Shown here: piece by piece, positions 10,100-19,300 of the stretch | Position numbering within the stretch: the first letter of the stretch is position 1 | How the letters are laid out: every line of letters begins with the position of its first letter | Origin: Planctomycetota bacterium | GTDB taxonomy: Bacteria > Planctomycetota > UBA8108 > SXIK01 | NCBI GenBank assembly: GCA_965223265.1 | Contig: OZ244999.1 | Coordinates: 4,091,822-4,155,821, forward strand | Reading direction: 5' to 3' | Length of the DNA: 64,000 bases | The notes under the pieces: generated by a model | Database searches by the model: none | What the model saw: only the letters and a program-made list of their open reading frames with translations | Told to the model about the DNA's origin: nothing | Position numbers and translations under genes: made by a program

Positions 10100-12142
10100 A
10101 TGCAGGCTTGCACACGCCGCCGTCGCGGCACGGCACTCCACTTCGCCACGCTTTTGTCACTTCTCCTGCTATTGTCACATCGATCGCCCACGCGAATCTC
10201 AACGGCGGCAGCCGACTCGACGGTGGCGGAGACCGTCGACACTCCACTGCAAAACGACGCGCTCGAGGGGTTTCAGAAGCCGACTCGAAAGAGCGAGTGG
10301 CGTCTCGAAGACGGTGTACTCACCGGCTCGACAGGTCCCGGGGTCCTCGCGACGCGGGCAAGCTACACGCATTTCGAGCTCGAATTCGAAGCCATTCTGA
10401 ACGACCGCGCCAACCGCCGTGGCAACAGCGGCGTCTTCTTTTGGAGTTCCGGGCTCCAAGCCTTTCGCAATCGCTGGCCCGATGGCCCGGAGGTGCAGCT
10501 TGATCACGGCGATCCAAACTTCTGGACGGGTGCAGTCTGGAAACGCGCCAAGGCTCGGCCGACGGGGACCAAGGATGGTGAGTGGTTTCACATGAGGGTC
10601 CGCGCGGTTCGCGGCCTGGTCAGCGTCTGGGTCAACGGCGAGATGGCGACGGAATACGAATACGACGGCGAAGTGCGTAGCAGCCCGATCGCGTTCCAGA
10701 TGCACCACCCGTCAAACGTGGTTCGCTTTCGCGATCTGCGCATTCAACGCTTGAGTCCTTCGTCGGAGGCTCCGTGGCCACAGTTTCGCGGTCCCAACGC
10801 AATCGGCCAGCCGCAGCGCGACCAAACGCTCCCTGACGATCTGACGACCGCATCAAGCCGCCGCTGGCGCACCGCTCTGCCTCCAGGTCACTCTTCGCCG
10901 GTCGTTGCTGCGGGTCGGGTGTTCGTCACGGCGGTGAGAGGCTCTGCGACCGACGTTCAGCTCGTGACGCTCGCACTCGACGCGGACAGCGGTGAGATAG
11001 AGTGGGAGCGAGCGGCACCGCACAAGGAGCTGGAGCGGGTACACCGGATCGGTAGCTACGCGCAGCCCTCTCCTGCAAGCGACGGCGACCGTGTTGTCGT
11101 CCTCTTCGGCTCGTCCGGTCTGACGTGCTACTCAGTCAACGGAACACAGCTCTGGAGCCGCCCGATGGGGCCGTTCAACGATGACTTCGGTGCGGGGGCC
11201 TCACCTTTGATCGTGGACGATTGGGTGATTCTCAATCAAGACCATGACACAGGCTCTTTTCTCTCCGCCATTGACAAGCGCACTGGAAGGACGGTGTGGC
11301 GGACAGATCGCTCAGAGTTCCCTCGCGGATACGCGACGCCCGTGGTCTGGGGGCAAGGCGACAGGCGAGAGATCGTGGTTTGCGGCACCCTCCGGGTCGT
11401 TGGCTACGGCCTTCATGCCGGCGATGAAAAGTGGACGGTGCGCGGCATCTCCCGACTGGCCAACATGACTCCGGCGGTAGGCGCCGACGGCCGCCTCTAT
11501 GTAGCGGCATGGGCGCCAGGAGGCGATACGACGAATCGTATTTCAGCGCCGCCGTTCGACACCGTCCTCGGCGAATTCGACAGCGACGGCAGCGGCGATT
11601 TGCAGCCAGGTGAGCTACCTGCCGACGGTCCCATCGGACGACGTTACCGCCAAATCGACCGCGACAAGAACGAAAGGATCACGCGCCTCGAATACGACGG
11701 CATGCGCGCGATCTTCGCACGGGCACGAAACGTGCTCTTGGCCATCCGACCGGGTGGGCGTGGAGATATCACGAAGAGCCACGTCGTGTGGACTCACGAC
11801 CGTCTGCTGCCCTACGTGCCGTCACCCCTCGTCTATGAAGGGCACGTCTACATGATCAAAAACGGCGGCATCTTCTCGGCCGTCGAGGCAGAGACGGGCA
11901 GCCCTATCAAGCACGGCCGCGTCAGCGCCGGCGGCGACTACTACAGCTCACCCGTCGCGGGTGACGGCAGGATCTATCTGCTCAACCGCGATGGCGAACT
12001 GACCATCGTTCGCGCTGGTGCCGACTGGGAAGAGCTTTCCAGCGTTGAGCTCGGCGCCGAGACATTCGCCACGCCTGCGATCGCCTCTGGAAGAATCTAC
12101 GTGCGCACGAATGCGCACCTGCACTGCTTTGGCGATTCATAG
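10100..12142 (+). CDS. Secreted DUF1080 (3-keto-disaccharide hydrolase-like jelly-roll) + PQQ-like beta-propeller protein with an EF-hand-like loop
   Basis: Signal-peptide-like N-terminus from the Met at 10100. DUF1080-type stretch WRLEDGVLTG...GNSGVFFWS. Repeated PQQ/BamB-like blades (VVAAGRVFVTA, GDRVVVLFGSSGLTCYS...). DxDxSGDLQPGE / DRDKNERITRLE EF-hand-like loops. Confidence 0.75.
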   Translation: MQACTRRRRGTALHFATLLSLLLLLSHRSPTRISTAAADSTVAETVDTPLQNDALEGFQKPTRKSEWRLEDGVLTGSTGPGVLATRASYTHFELEFEAILNDRANRRGNSGVFFWSSGLQAFRNRWPDGPEVQLDHGDPNFWTGAVWKRAKARPTGTKDGEWFHMRVRAVRGLVSVWVNGEMATEYEYDGEVRSSPIAFQMHHPSNVVRFRDLRIQRLSPSSEAPWPQFRGPNAIGQPQRDQTLPDDLTTASSRRWRTALPPGHSSPVVAAGRVFVTAVRGSATDVQLVTLALDADSGEIEWERAAPHKELERVHRIGSYAQPSPASDGDRVVVLFGSSGLTCYSVNGTQLWSRPMGPFNDDFGAGASPLIVDDWVILNQDHDTGSFLSAIDKRTGRTVWRTDRSEFPRGYATPVVWGQGDRREIVVCGTLRVVGYGLHAGDEKWTVRGISRLANMTPAVGADGRLYVAAWAPGGDTTNRISAPPFDTVLGEFDSDGSGDLQPGELPADGPIGRRYRQIDRDKNERITRLEYDGMRAIFARARNVLLAIRPGGRGDITKSHVVWTHDRLLPYVPSPLVYEGHVYMIKNGGIFSAVEAETGSPIKHGRVSAGGDYYSSPVAGDGRIYLLNRDGELTIVRAGADWEELSSVELGAETFATPAIASGRIYVRTNAHLHCFGDS

Positions 12143-12195
12143 TCGCTTTCTCGTCGTTGCGTGAACCGTCTAAACGGCCTCACGCGAGAGGGAAA

Positions 12196-12235
12196 AAAAG
12201 AGCCGAGCCGACCAATCGCACTGCGGTCGGCCCGG
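12196..12235 (-). terminator. Rho-independent terminator-like hairpin (minus strand)
   Basis: Minus-strand reading gives GGGCCGACC-[11 nt loop]-GGTCGGCTC followed by ggctc and T7. The stem-to-T-run spacing is slightly long. Confidence 0.45.
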
Positions 12236-12370
12236 CAGGTCGCAACCAAATTCACCATGGCGTTGGCGGATCGCGCCAACGCTGCTGTTCGATCCAGACG
12301 CTGAACTCTCGCTCCTCGGTGTGCGAATAGAACCCAGATCGTGCACGTCCGAGGTTGGAGAGCCAACGAA

Positions 12371-12676
12371 CTAGCCGTCGGATGGTGGACGATCGTCTCG
12401 CCCCAGCGCCCTCAGGCGACGGATCGTCAACGGGCAGTGGCTGCTCACCATGGGTCGGGCAACACATGAAAGAGGCTCCTCTCGTCTCGGATTTCGGTTT
12501 GATTTCGACTGCAATCGAGGCAGGGACGTGAACTTCATGGCAAAGGAGTCATGGCCGGCATCTCCCTGCCGCCAGGTCGGATTGAGGAATCTGCGGCCAC
12601 GAAGTCCGTGGTACTTTGCGATCAGCGCGTCACGCGATACACCGATGGAGCGGAACGTGGAATCAGAACGAGTCAT
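12371..12676 (-). CDS. Small hypothetical protein (~100 aa) flanked by two terminators
   Basis: ATG at 12676 preceded by GGAGG at 7-nt spacing. ORF closed by TAG at 12371. Lies between the terminators at 12744..12776 and 12196..12235. No recognisable family, and the C-terminal half is low-complexity. Confidence 0.3.
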   Translation of the reverse strand: MTRSDSTFRSIGVSRDALIAKYHGLRGRRFLNPTWRQGDAGHDSFAMKFTSLPRLQSKSNRNPRREEPLSCVARPMVSSHCPLTIRRLRALGRDDRPPSDG

Positions 12677-12743
12677 CGGAAACCTCCGGAAAAAGAGTGG
12701 TGAAAGCGGTGCGCTCACGCCGTCCGCGGCGGGGACGCACCGC

Positions 12744-12776
12744 AAAAAAAAAAACCCGCACGACGAATCGTGCGGG
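12744..12776 (-). terminator. Strong rho-independent terminator (minus strand)
   Basis: Minus-strand reading gives CCCGCACG-attcgt-CGTGCGGG (8-bp GC-rich stem) followed immediately by T11. A second 8-bp stem-loop (12706..12743) follows. Confidence 0.7.
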
Positions 12777-13376
12777 TGACAGTTTCGATTTCGTTGACGT
12801 TTAAGTCTTCGTCACGTGCCTCCCGCACCTGAAACGATGCCCCCCTTGGTGCCCCAATCGAGAATGCCGAGCATGCTCGGTCCATCGTTTTGACCACGAT
12901 GCATCGCTACACTCGTCGGACCGCGGGTATCCACGACTTCGGACCGCGCGAACTCGACGCTGCCGGCCCGGCTCGGGGAAGCCGACGCACCGGGGCGTGC
13001 GGCAGGGGCGTACCGGGGGTGAATCTGGAATCTCATGTTCCGCTGCATCATCACCTCCGGTTGCGGGGATTGAATTCGGCTTCCAGGTCCCACCTGTCTC
13101 GACGTCCTGTTAGGGCGTCACGTGACGGACATGCTCAGTCCGGCCAAAGGTGGGCAACAATCGACGCAGCCTAGTCGCTCATGACATCCAAGTCAAACTC
13201 AAAAACGTTCGGTCGACCTCGTGGAGCCGCCACTGCCGGGCGAGATTCCTATGGGCATTTCGAACGACCAAGCAGCACGCCTGTGATAGGATGCGCTCAT
13301 GAAGCGTTTAGAATGCTTCCGACGGCGACAGCAATTGCTCGCCGCCGCCCAAAGGAGGCCTCGAGCACGCACGGCG

Positions 13377-15812
13377 ATGCGCCTGCGAACGGCACTTGTT
13401 CTCGTCACGCTCGGCGCTGCGGGATGGTCGCCGGGAATCGACGCGCAAACGCCGTCTCTTTTCCGCCGCGGCGATATCAACGTCGACGGCGCCGTTGACG
13501 TGAGCGACGCGATCGGTCTACTCGCCGGCCTTTTTCGAGGCGTCGCCTTGCCACCCTGTGACGACGCCGCCGACGCGAACGATAGTGGCGACCTCGATCT
13601 CTCCGACGCCATCTTCGTGCTTGGCTATTTGTTTCGCGGCGCCGCGCGGCCACCACATCCTGGACCGAATCTCTGCGGCCGCGATCCGACACCGGACGAA
13701 CTAAGCTGTGACGAGTACCTGGCGACCGTGCCCGAATTCAACTGCGAGAACGCCGTTGAACAAGTGTTTCGTGGCCGCTTCTACGGCAGCATTCTCATCA
13801 CGCCGATCGTCTCCGATCTCAACGGCGACGGGCGACTCGACGTCATCGGCGTGCGAAACCGCAGCCTGGTCGTGATGCCTGGCGTCGGAGGCGGCACGTT
13901 CGGTGCCCCGAGGAGCTATCCGGCTCCGCGCCCCTCGGATCTCAGACTGCTCGATGTCGATGGCGACGGCATCCGCGATGCAGTGACCATCAGCCCTGGA
14001 GGCCGTTCACTCAGTGTGTTTCGCGGATTCGAGGACGGCACGTTCGACGACGCCACAACAACTGCGTTCACCGACGAGCCCGTCGGGTTCGACGCCGGTG
14101 ACTTGAACGGCGACCTCCGCGGCGACTTCGTCGTCACGGTGCTTTCTGCCGCCGGAATCGCCTCACTCGAAACGTGGATCGGCACTCCAGACCTCGCCGC
14201 GCTCGAGCGACGCTTCACGACTGTTGTTATTGACACTCCGCGCATCGGAGATGCCGTCGATGGAAACTCACCGCGCCTCGGAGACTTCAACAGTGATGGC
14301 ATGAACGACGTCGTCATCGTCGGCGCCGCGCTCAGATTCTTTTGGGGTAGCGGAGATGGCATTCTCACACCAGGACCTACGCGACAATTAGCCGAGCCCG
14401 CGCACGCGCTGGTTGTCGCCGAGTTCGGGGGTGGGCCAGACGTCGACTTGGCCGTCGCAACGACAACCTCAATCTCCGTCCTGCGCGGCCTCGGAACTGG
14501 TACGTTCGAGGCAGCCACGCAGCTGCCCGTGGAGACAGTGTCTCTTGCAGTCGGCGATGTCGACAGTGATGGCGATGGTGATATCGTTGCCGATGGCGTA
14601 ACCCTCCTTCGCAACGACGACGCGCTGCGGTTTACGCTCGTACGCAACGGCTGGCCTGACGCCCGTGGGCCAGCCGCGCTGCAGGATCTTGATGACGATG
14701 GGAACGCGGACCTGGTCGTCCCCGCATCGGGAGGCGTCGTCGTTCTCAAGGGGTCAGGGAGTGCCGACTTTCCAGCGCCGCACCTCCAACCGACGACGAC
14801 GCGCCAAACGAACATCGCGGTCGAAGACTTCGACGACGATGCTCGCGTGGATTTCGCCGTGACGTCAGAGAGCAGCGACCGAGTGCTGATCTTCCTGGGA
14901 AGTGATGGAAACCGTTTTGATACCCTGCAGTCGTTCAGCGTCGGCAGTGATCCATCGTTTGTCCTCGCCGCAGACGTCGATGACGATGCCATCACCGACC
15001 TCGTAGTGTTGAGCTTGGAAGACGACAGCATGTCCATCTTACTCGGGAGCGGCGACGGCACGTTCTCGCCGCCACGATCGCAACTCGTGGGAGACTCGCC
15101 GCGCGGGGTTGCGGCCGCGGATATCGACGACGACGGCGCGACGGACCTGGTGGTCGCAAACGGTGGGGTGAATTCATTTTCCCGCGGCTCGCTCCTCGTT
15201 CTGCGAGGGTCCGGTCAGGGATCCTTTCCAGAGTCACGCCCTTTGCCTTCGAGTCGGCGCCCGTGGGCGGTGTCGATCGCGCACGTCAATAGCGATGACG
15301 TCCTCGACATCCTCGTGGCAAATGAGCGCTCCTCGACTGTGACGGTCCATGTTGGCACCGGCGATGGGCAGTTTCAGCAAGCTCGCGATTACTTGGTCGA
15401 CGTACAGCCGACATCGCTTGCCGTTGGCGATCTTGACGGTGACGGCAACCTCGATTTCGTTACCGGCAACGATCGAGGTCACAGCGTCACGGCCTACCTG
15501 GGGCTCGGTGACGGGCGTTTCGACCGGGCCGGCACATTCGGACTTGGGTTCGAGACAAGCGATATCAGCGTCGTGGATATCGATGGCGATGGGCTGGTGG
15601 ACGTTCTAGCGACAACGAGCGGCACCGGCCAGCTAGCGGTTTTTCGCGGCCATGGCGATGGCTGGCTTTCGCCTCCGGAGTCTTATCCGGCAGGAGTCGG
15701 ATCCCGCGCATTTGCGCCGGCCGACGTGGATGGAGATGGCGACTTCGACGTACTGATCACAAACGTCGCCCGCGACGGCGTGACGGTTCTTGAGAATTCC
15801 GCCGTGCGTTAG
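13377..15812 (+). CDS. Secreted FG-GAP/VCBS-repeat beta-propeller protein with an N-terminal dockerin-like domain
   Basis: Signal peptide MRLRTALVLVTLGAAGWSPG. N-terminal RRGDINVDGAVDVSDAIGLLAGLF...DANDSGDLDLSDAIFVLGYLF dockerin-like pair. Then >10 FG-GAP-type repeats (DxDGDGxxD ... V). ORF opens at 13299; the Met at 13377 was chosen. Confidence 0.75.
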   Translation: MRLRTALVLVTLGAAGWSPGIDAQTPSLFRRGDINVDGAVDVSDAIGLLAGLFRGVALPPCDDAADANDSGDLDLSDAIFVLGYLFRGAARPPHPGPNLCGRDPTPDELSCDEYLATVPEFNCENAVEQVFRGRFYGSILITPIVSDLNGDGRLDVIGVRNRSLVVMPGVGGGTFGAPRSYPAPRPSDLRLLDVDGDGIRDAVTISPGGRSLSVFRGFEDGTFDDATTTAFTDEPVGFDAGDLNGDLRGDFVVTVLSAAGIASLETWIGTPDLAALERRFTTVVIDTPRIGDAVDGNSPRLGDFNSDGMNDVVIVGAALRFFWGSGDGILTPGPTRQLAEPAHALVVAEFGGGPDVDLAVATTTSISVLRGLGTGTFEAATQLPVETVSLAVGDVDSDGDGDIVADGVTLLRNDDALRFTLVRNGWPDARGPAALQDLDDDGNADLVVPASGGVVVLKGSGSADFPAPHLQPTTTRQTNIAVEDFDDDARVDFAVTSESSDRVLIFLGSDGNRFDTLQSFSVGSDPSFVLAADVDDDAITDLVVLSLEDDSMSILLGSGDGTFSPPRSQLVGDSPRGVAAADIDDDGATDLVVANGGVNSFSRGSLLVLRGSGQGSFPESRPLPSSRRPWAVSIAHVNSDDVLDILVANERSSTVTVHVGTGDGQFQQARDYLVDVQPTSLAVGDLDGDGNLDFVTGNDRGHSVTAYLGLGDGRFDRAGTFGLGFETSDISVVDIDGDGLVDVLATTSGTGQLAVFRGHGDGWLSPPESYPAGVGSRAFAPADVDGDGDFDVLITNVARDGVTVLENSAVR

Positions 15813-16089
15813 CTTCGAGTTCGGCCCTCTCACGCCTGTCCGACCGGACGATTCGGCGCAGAGCTCAAGTCGCTCACCCTTCTTTTTCGCCCCTGGGCTC
15901 TCGTGCGTAGCCGAACACTTCTGAGCGGCCCTTTGAAGATTGGAGGGTGGCACGTCGCGATGACCGCGGCAGCGGGAGAAAAGGGCACGCGTTCTGCGGG
16001 AACGCCGCCGCGATGTCTGTGCGTTGTCTGCTATAATCGGTGGCTACAGAAGGGTCCACTACGTCGGCAGTACGCGTGCATCGTAGGCT

Positions 16090-16122
16090 GCGTTGCGCTT
16101 TCATAACGTATTCATAACGTAT
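16090..16122. repeat. Three perfect tandem copies of the 11-mer TTCATAACGTA
   Basis: Read directly: ttcataacgta ttcataacgta ttcataacgta. The 11-bp period is about one helical turn. Confidence 0.85.
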
Positions 16123-16264
16123 TCATAACGTAGAAGTGACCGGCAAGATCGAGCCCCAATTGACCAACAATCGCCCTTTAACAGCTCGCTTGAAAAAGTC
16201 ATTCGGCCGAGAAACAGGCCTCTTCGCATCCAGTTTTCGACTCGAAGTACTTTTTCAACAGGCT

Positions 16265-16291
16265 GTTAACTCGAGGTTAACTCGAGGTTAA
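16265..16291. repeat. Tandem repeat GTTAACTCGAG x2 plus partial copy (each unit is two palindromic hexamers)
   Basis: Read directly: gttaactcgag gttaactcgag gttaa. Lies 65 bp upstream of the giant-gene ATG. Confidence 0.8.
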
Positions 16292-16355
16292 AACCAGACC
16301 GCGACGCGGCTGCCATCCTGGATCCCTTCCCTTCATCGAATCTGCATAAGAACGA

Positions 16356-19300
16356 ATGCTTCGACCTCGACCACACATCTTCGCCGCGATCGTTTGTCCT
16401 CTCCTGTGCATCGCGCTGACAGCAGCTCTTTCCGCCGCCGACTGCAACTTCAACGGCATTGAGGATGGCGACGAGACGGCTCAGTCAACAGACCTTGACT
16501 GCAACGCCAACGGCATCCCGGACACGTGCGAGACCGCACCGCCAGCATTTAGAGCGCGGTCTGTTCTGAGCGTCGGTGGCGTCGCCAACAGCTTTCCGTG
16601 CGGTGACGTCAACGGCGACGAGATCCCTGACGTGATCGCAGGACACAATCGCGGCTTCACGGTTCTCCTGCAGCGACCGGCCGAGAGAGAATTCGACGCC
16701 ACCGACTACCCGGTCGACGGTGCCGGCAAAAAGTGGCTCCTTTTGGACGTCGACAGCGACAATGATCTCGACGTCGTCGGTGTGCAGACACGCCGCGTAG
16801 TGACATTCCTCAACAATGGCGAGGCCGAGTTTGCGGGTCCCGTCGATACCGAGTTCGACTCGGGAGTTGAGTCGTTCGCCGCAGGCGACATCGATGCAGA
16901 CGGCATCGTTGACGTAGTGCTCACGAATCGGGTCCGCGACCAGGTCTCCGTTTTGTTCGGCCGCGGCGATGGCCGATTCGATCGCGCCGCCCATACGGCC
17001 GTCGGAGAGTTCCCACTCGCGGTGGCTATCGCCGACCTCGACGGCGACGGCGACCTCGACGTTGCGACCGCCAACCGCGATGGCAACAGCGTCACGCTCC
17101 TCTCCAACGATCAAGGCGAGCTGGGTGAACGACAGGACGTCCAGGTCTCTGGGAGCTCACCGCAAGCCATCGTCGCCGCAGACTTCGGCGGCACGTCGCT
17201 TCCCGAACTGGTTGTTGGCACTCTTTCTTCGACGCTACTTTTGGAGAATCGAGGCGGCGAGCTGACACCAAGAGACCTGACGGTCGGCCTCGGGATTCAG
17301 CAACTCAGCGTCACGGACGTCAACGGTGACGGAAAGGACGACATCGTTGGCAGCATTCTCGACCCGCGCGCGTTCTGGACACTGACGTCTCTCGACGCAG
17401 GTGAATTCTCCCTCCACTCCTTCAATCTTGGAGACCGGCCGGAGGCGACCGAGGGCTGTGACCTCGACGGCGATGGCGACAGCGAGCTGTGTCTCGGCTT
17501 CTTCGGACTCGAGACGGTGAACGTGCTCTGGAACGATGACAGCGTCGAGCGCAACTTTCTTTCGTTCGGCGCTCCTGAGTTTTACGAGGCGGGCGGAAGA
17601 CCGCACACCGCCGGCACGGCTGACTTCAACGGTGACGGACACCTCGACCTCGTCACCGGCAACAATCGCAACAGCTCGACGGGTATGTCGGTCTACATCA
17701 ATCGCGGCGATGGAACGTTTCTACCTCGCGCGCACTACAACTCCATCGCCAGATCGTTCGCGATGGTCGTCGACGATTTCGACTTAGACGGCCACCTGGA
17801 ATTCGCGGTGGCAGACCCCTCGCAGAATAAGCCGGACATCGGCGTCATGCGAAACCGAGGCGACGGCACGTTCGTCTCCAGCCATACGCACAATTTGACG
17901 GGAGGTGCGTTTCACGTCACATCAGGAGATCTCGACGGCGACAGTTTTCCTGACCTCGTTGCGTCGATGCAGGGTGTCGGTGCTGTCGCGCTACTCTTCA
18001 ATGCTGGAGACGGCACGTTCACGAACGTCACCGACATTCGCGTTGGCGCCCGTCCCGTGAGCGCCGCAGTGGTCGACGTGGACGATGACGGACACCGCGA
18101 CATCGCTGTAGCGACGCTTTCTGGGGGTGGGATCGATTTGCTTCGGGGTGATGGCAGCGGGCTCTTCTCAGATCCCGAGAGGTTTCCGTTGGCCAACTCG
18201 CCTTCGTTCGTGATTGCGGTCGACATGAACGTCGACGGAGCTCCGGATCTCGTCACCGTGAGCGAATCGGGACAGAACGCGACGGTTCTATGGAATCAAG
18301 GACGGGGAGGATTCTCGGCCTCGCAGCCGTGGCCGCTGCGGACAAAGCCCTATTCGGTCCTCGAGGGTGACATGAACGCCGACGGCTTGCCAGATATCGT
18401 TGCGCTCAGTGAGCTGATCGGGAATTTCTCGCTGCTGCTCAATGGCGGCGACATGACGTTCAGCTCTCCGATACTGCTCGGGACGGGGCCGGGGCCGCGA
18501 TACGGCGCGATCGGCGACTTCGATGGCACCGGGACGGATGACCTCATGAGTGCGAATCGCCCCGGCAACAGTATCACGGTGATCCGCAACCAAACGGATG
18601 TGGCGTCGTTTCCCGCGGCGGCGCTAGAGCTGATCTGCACGGAAAAGAACTTCCTCGATATCTCTCGCCGGGTCACCACGCGCGGTTTGACGGTACGAGC
18701 GACGAAGTACGTAGCGCCCGCGCGAGCCGACGACGCGTCGCTTCTCTCGACGCAGTACCAGAACGTCAACCGCTTCGAGCTGCACGAAGAGTTCCTCGGC
18801 GCGGTGTTCCCCGAGCGCTTCCCGTCGCTGCCGGGCGACCGCGAGTTCTACAACCAGCTCATCGGCCGCCGCGCCACGCGTGACTACTACGTCGGCGTCT
18901 TGACGCGTCGCCAAGCGGAAAGCGGCCCGCTCTACACCTTCACCGCCGTCACCGACACCGGCTTCAGCGTCGGCGAGATTCTCGAGCAAGAGGAGCTCGA
19001 AGGCCTCTACACCACTCTCAAGGAGTCGTTCACTCTCGAGCCCCTTGCCTACGAGCCCGACACCGAGCTCGCCCGCCGCAAAGCCGAGACCTTCCAAAAC
19101 CCACAGTTCCCCGTCCACTTCGACGACGGCGCCGCCGGGCTCGACTACGAGCCCTACACCCTCGCCACCGGCTACGGCCGCGTGCGACTCTTGACGCTCG
19201 AAGAGTTCAACGACGCCAACGACAGCGGCACCTTCACCTTCCAGGACGTCCTCGTCGTCGATCTCGCGCCGCGCGACATCGAAGGCATCGTCGGCGGTGT

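Larger units (their letters stand above)
15813..16355 (+). promoter_or_regulatory. Long AT-richer intergenic/regulatory region upstream of giant gene A
   Basis: 543 bp non-coding. Contains three tandem 11-bp repeats, two tandem copies of a GTTAAC-CTCGAG unit and a 10-bp inverted repeat (ttgaaaaagt / actttttcaa at 16190..16199 and 16249..16258). Confidence 0.4.

Noticed and set aside
9648-10247. 199-aa minus-strand ORF and alternative 9719 start of the DUF1080 gene
   Set aside because: Lies in the divergent promoter region between prx and the DUF1080 gene. The DUF1080 protein's signal peptide begins at the Met at 10100, so upstream residues are unlikely to be translated.
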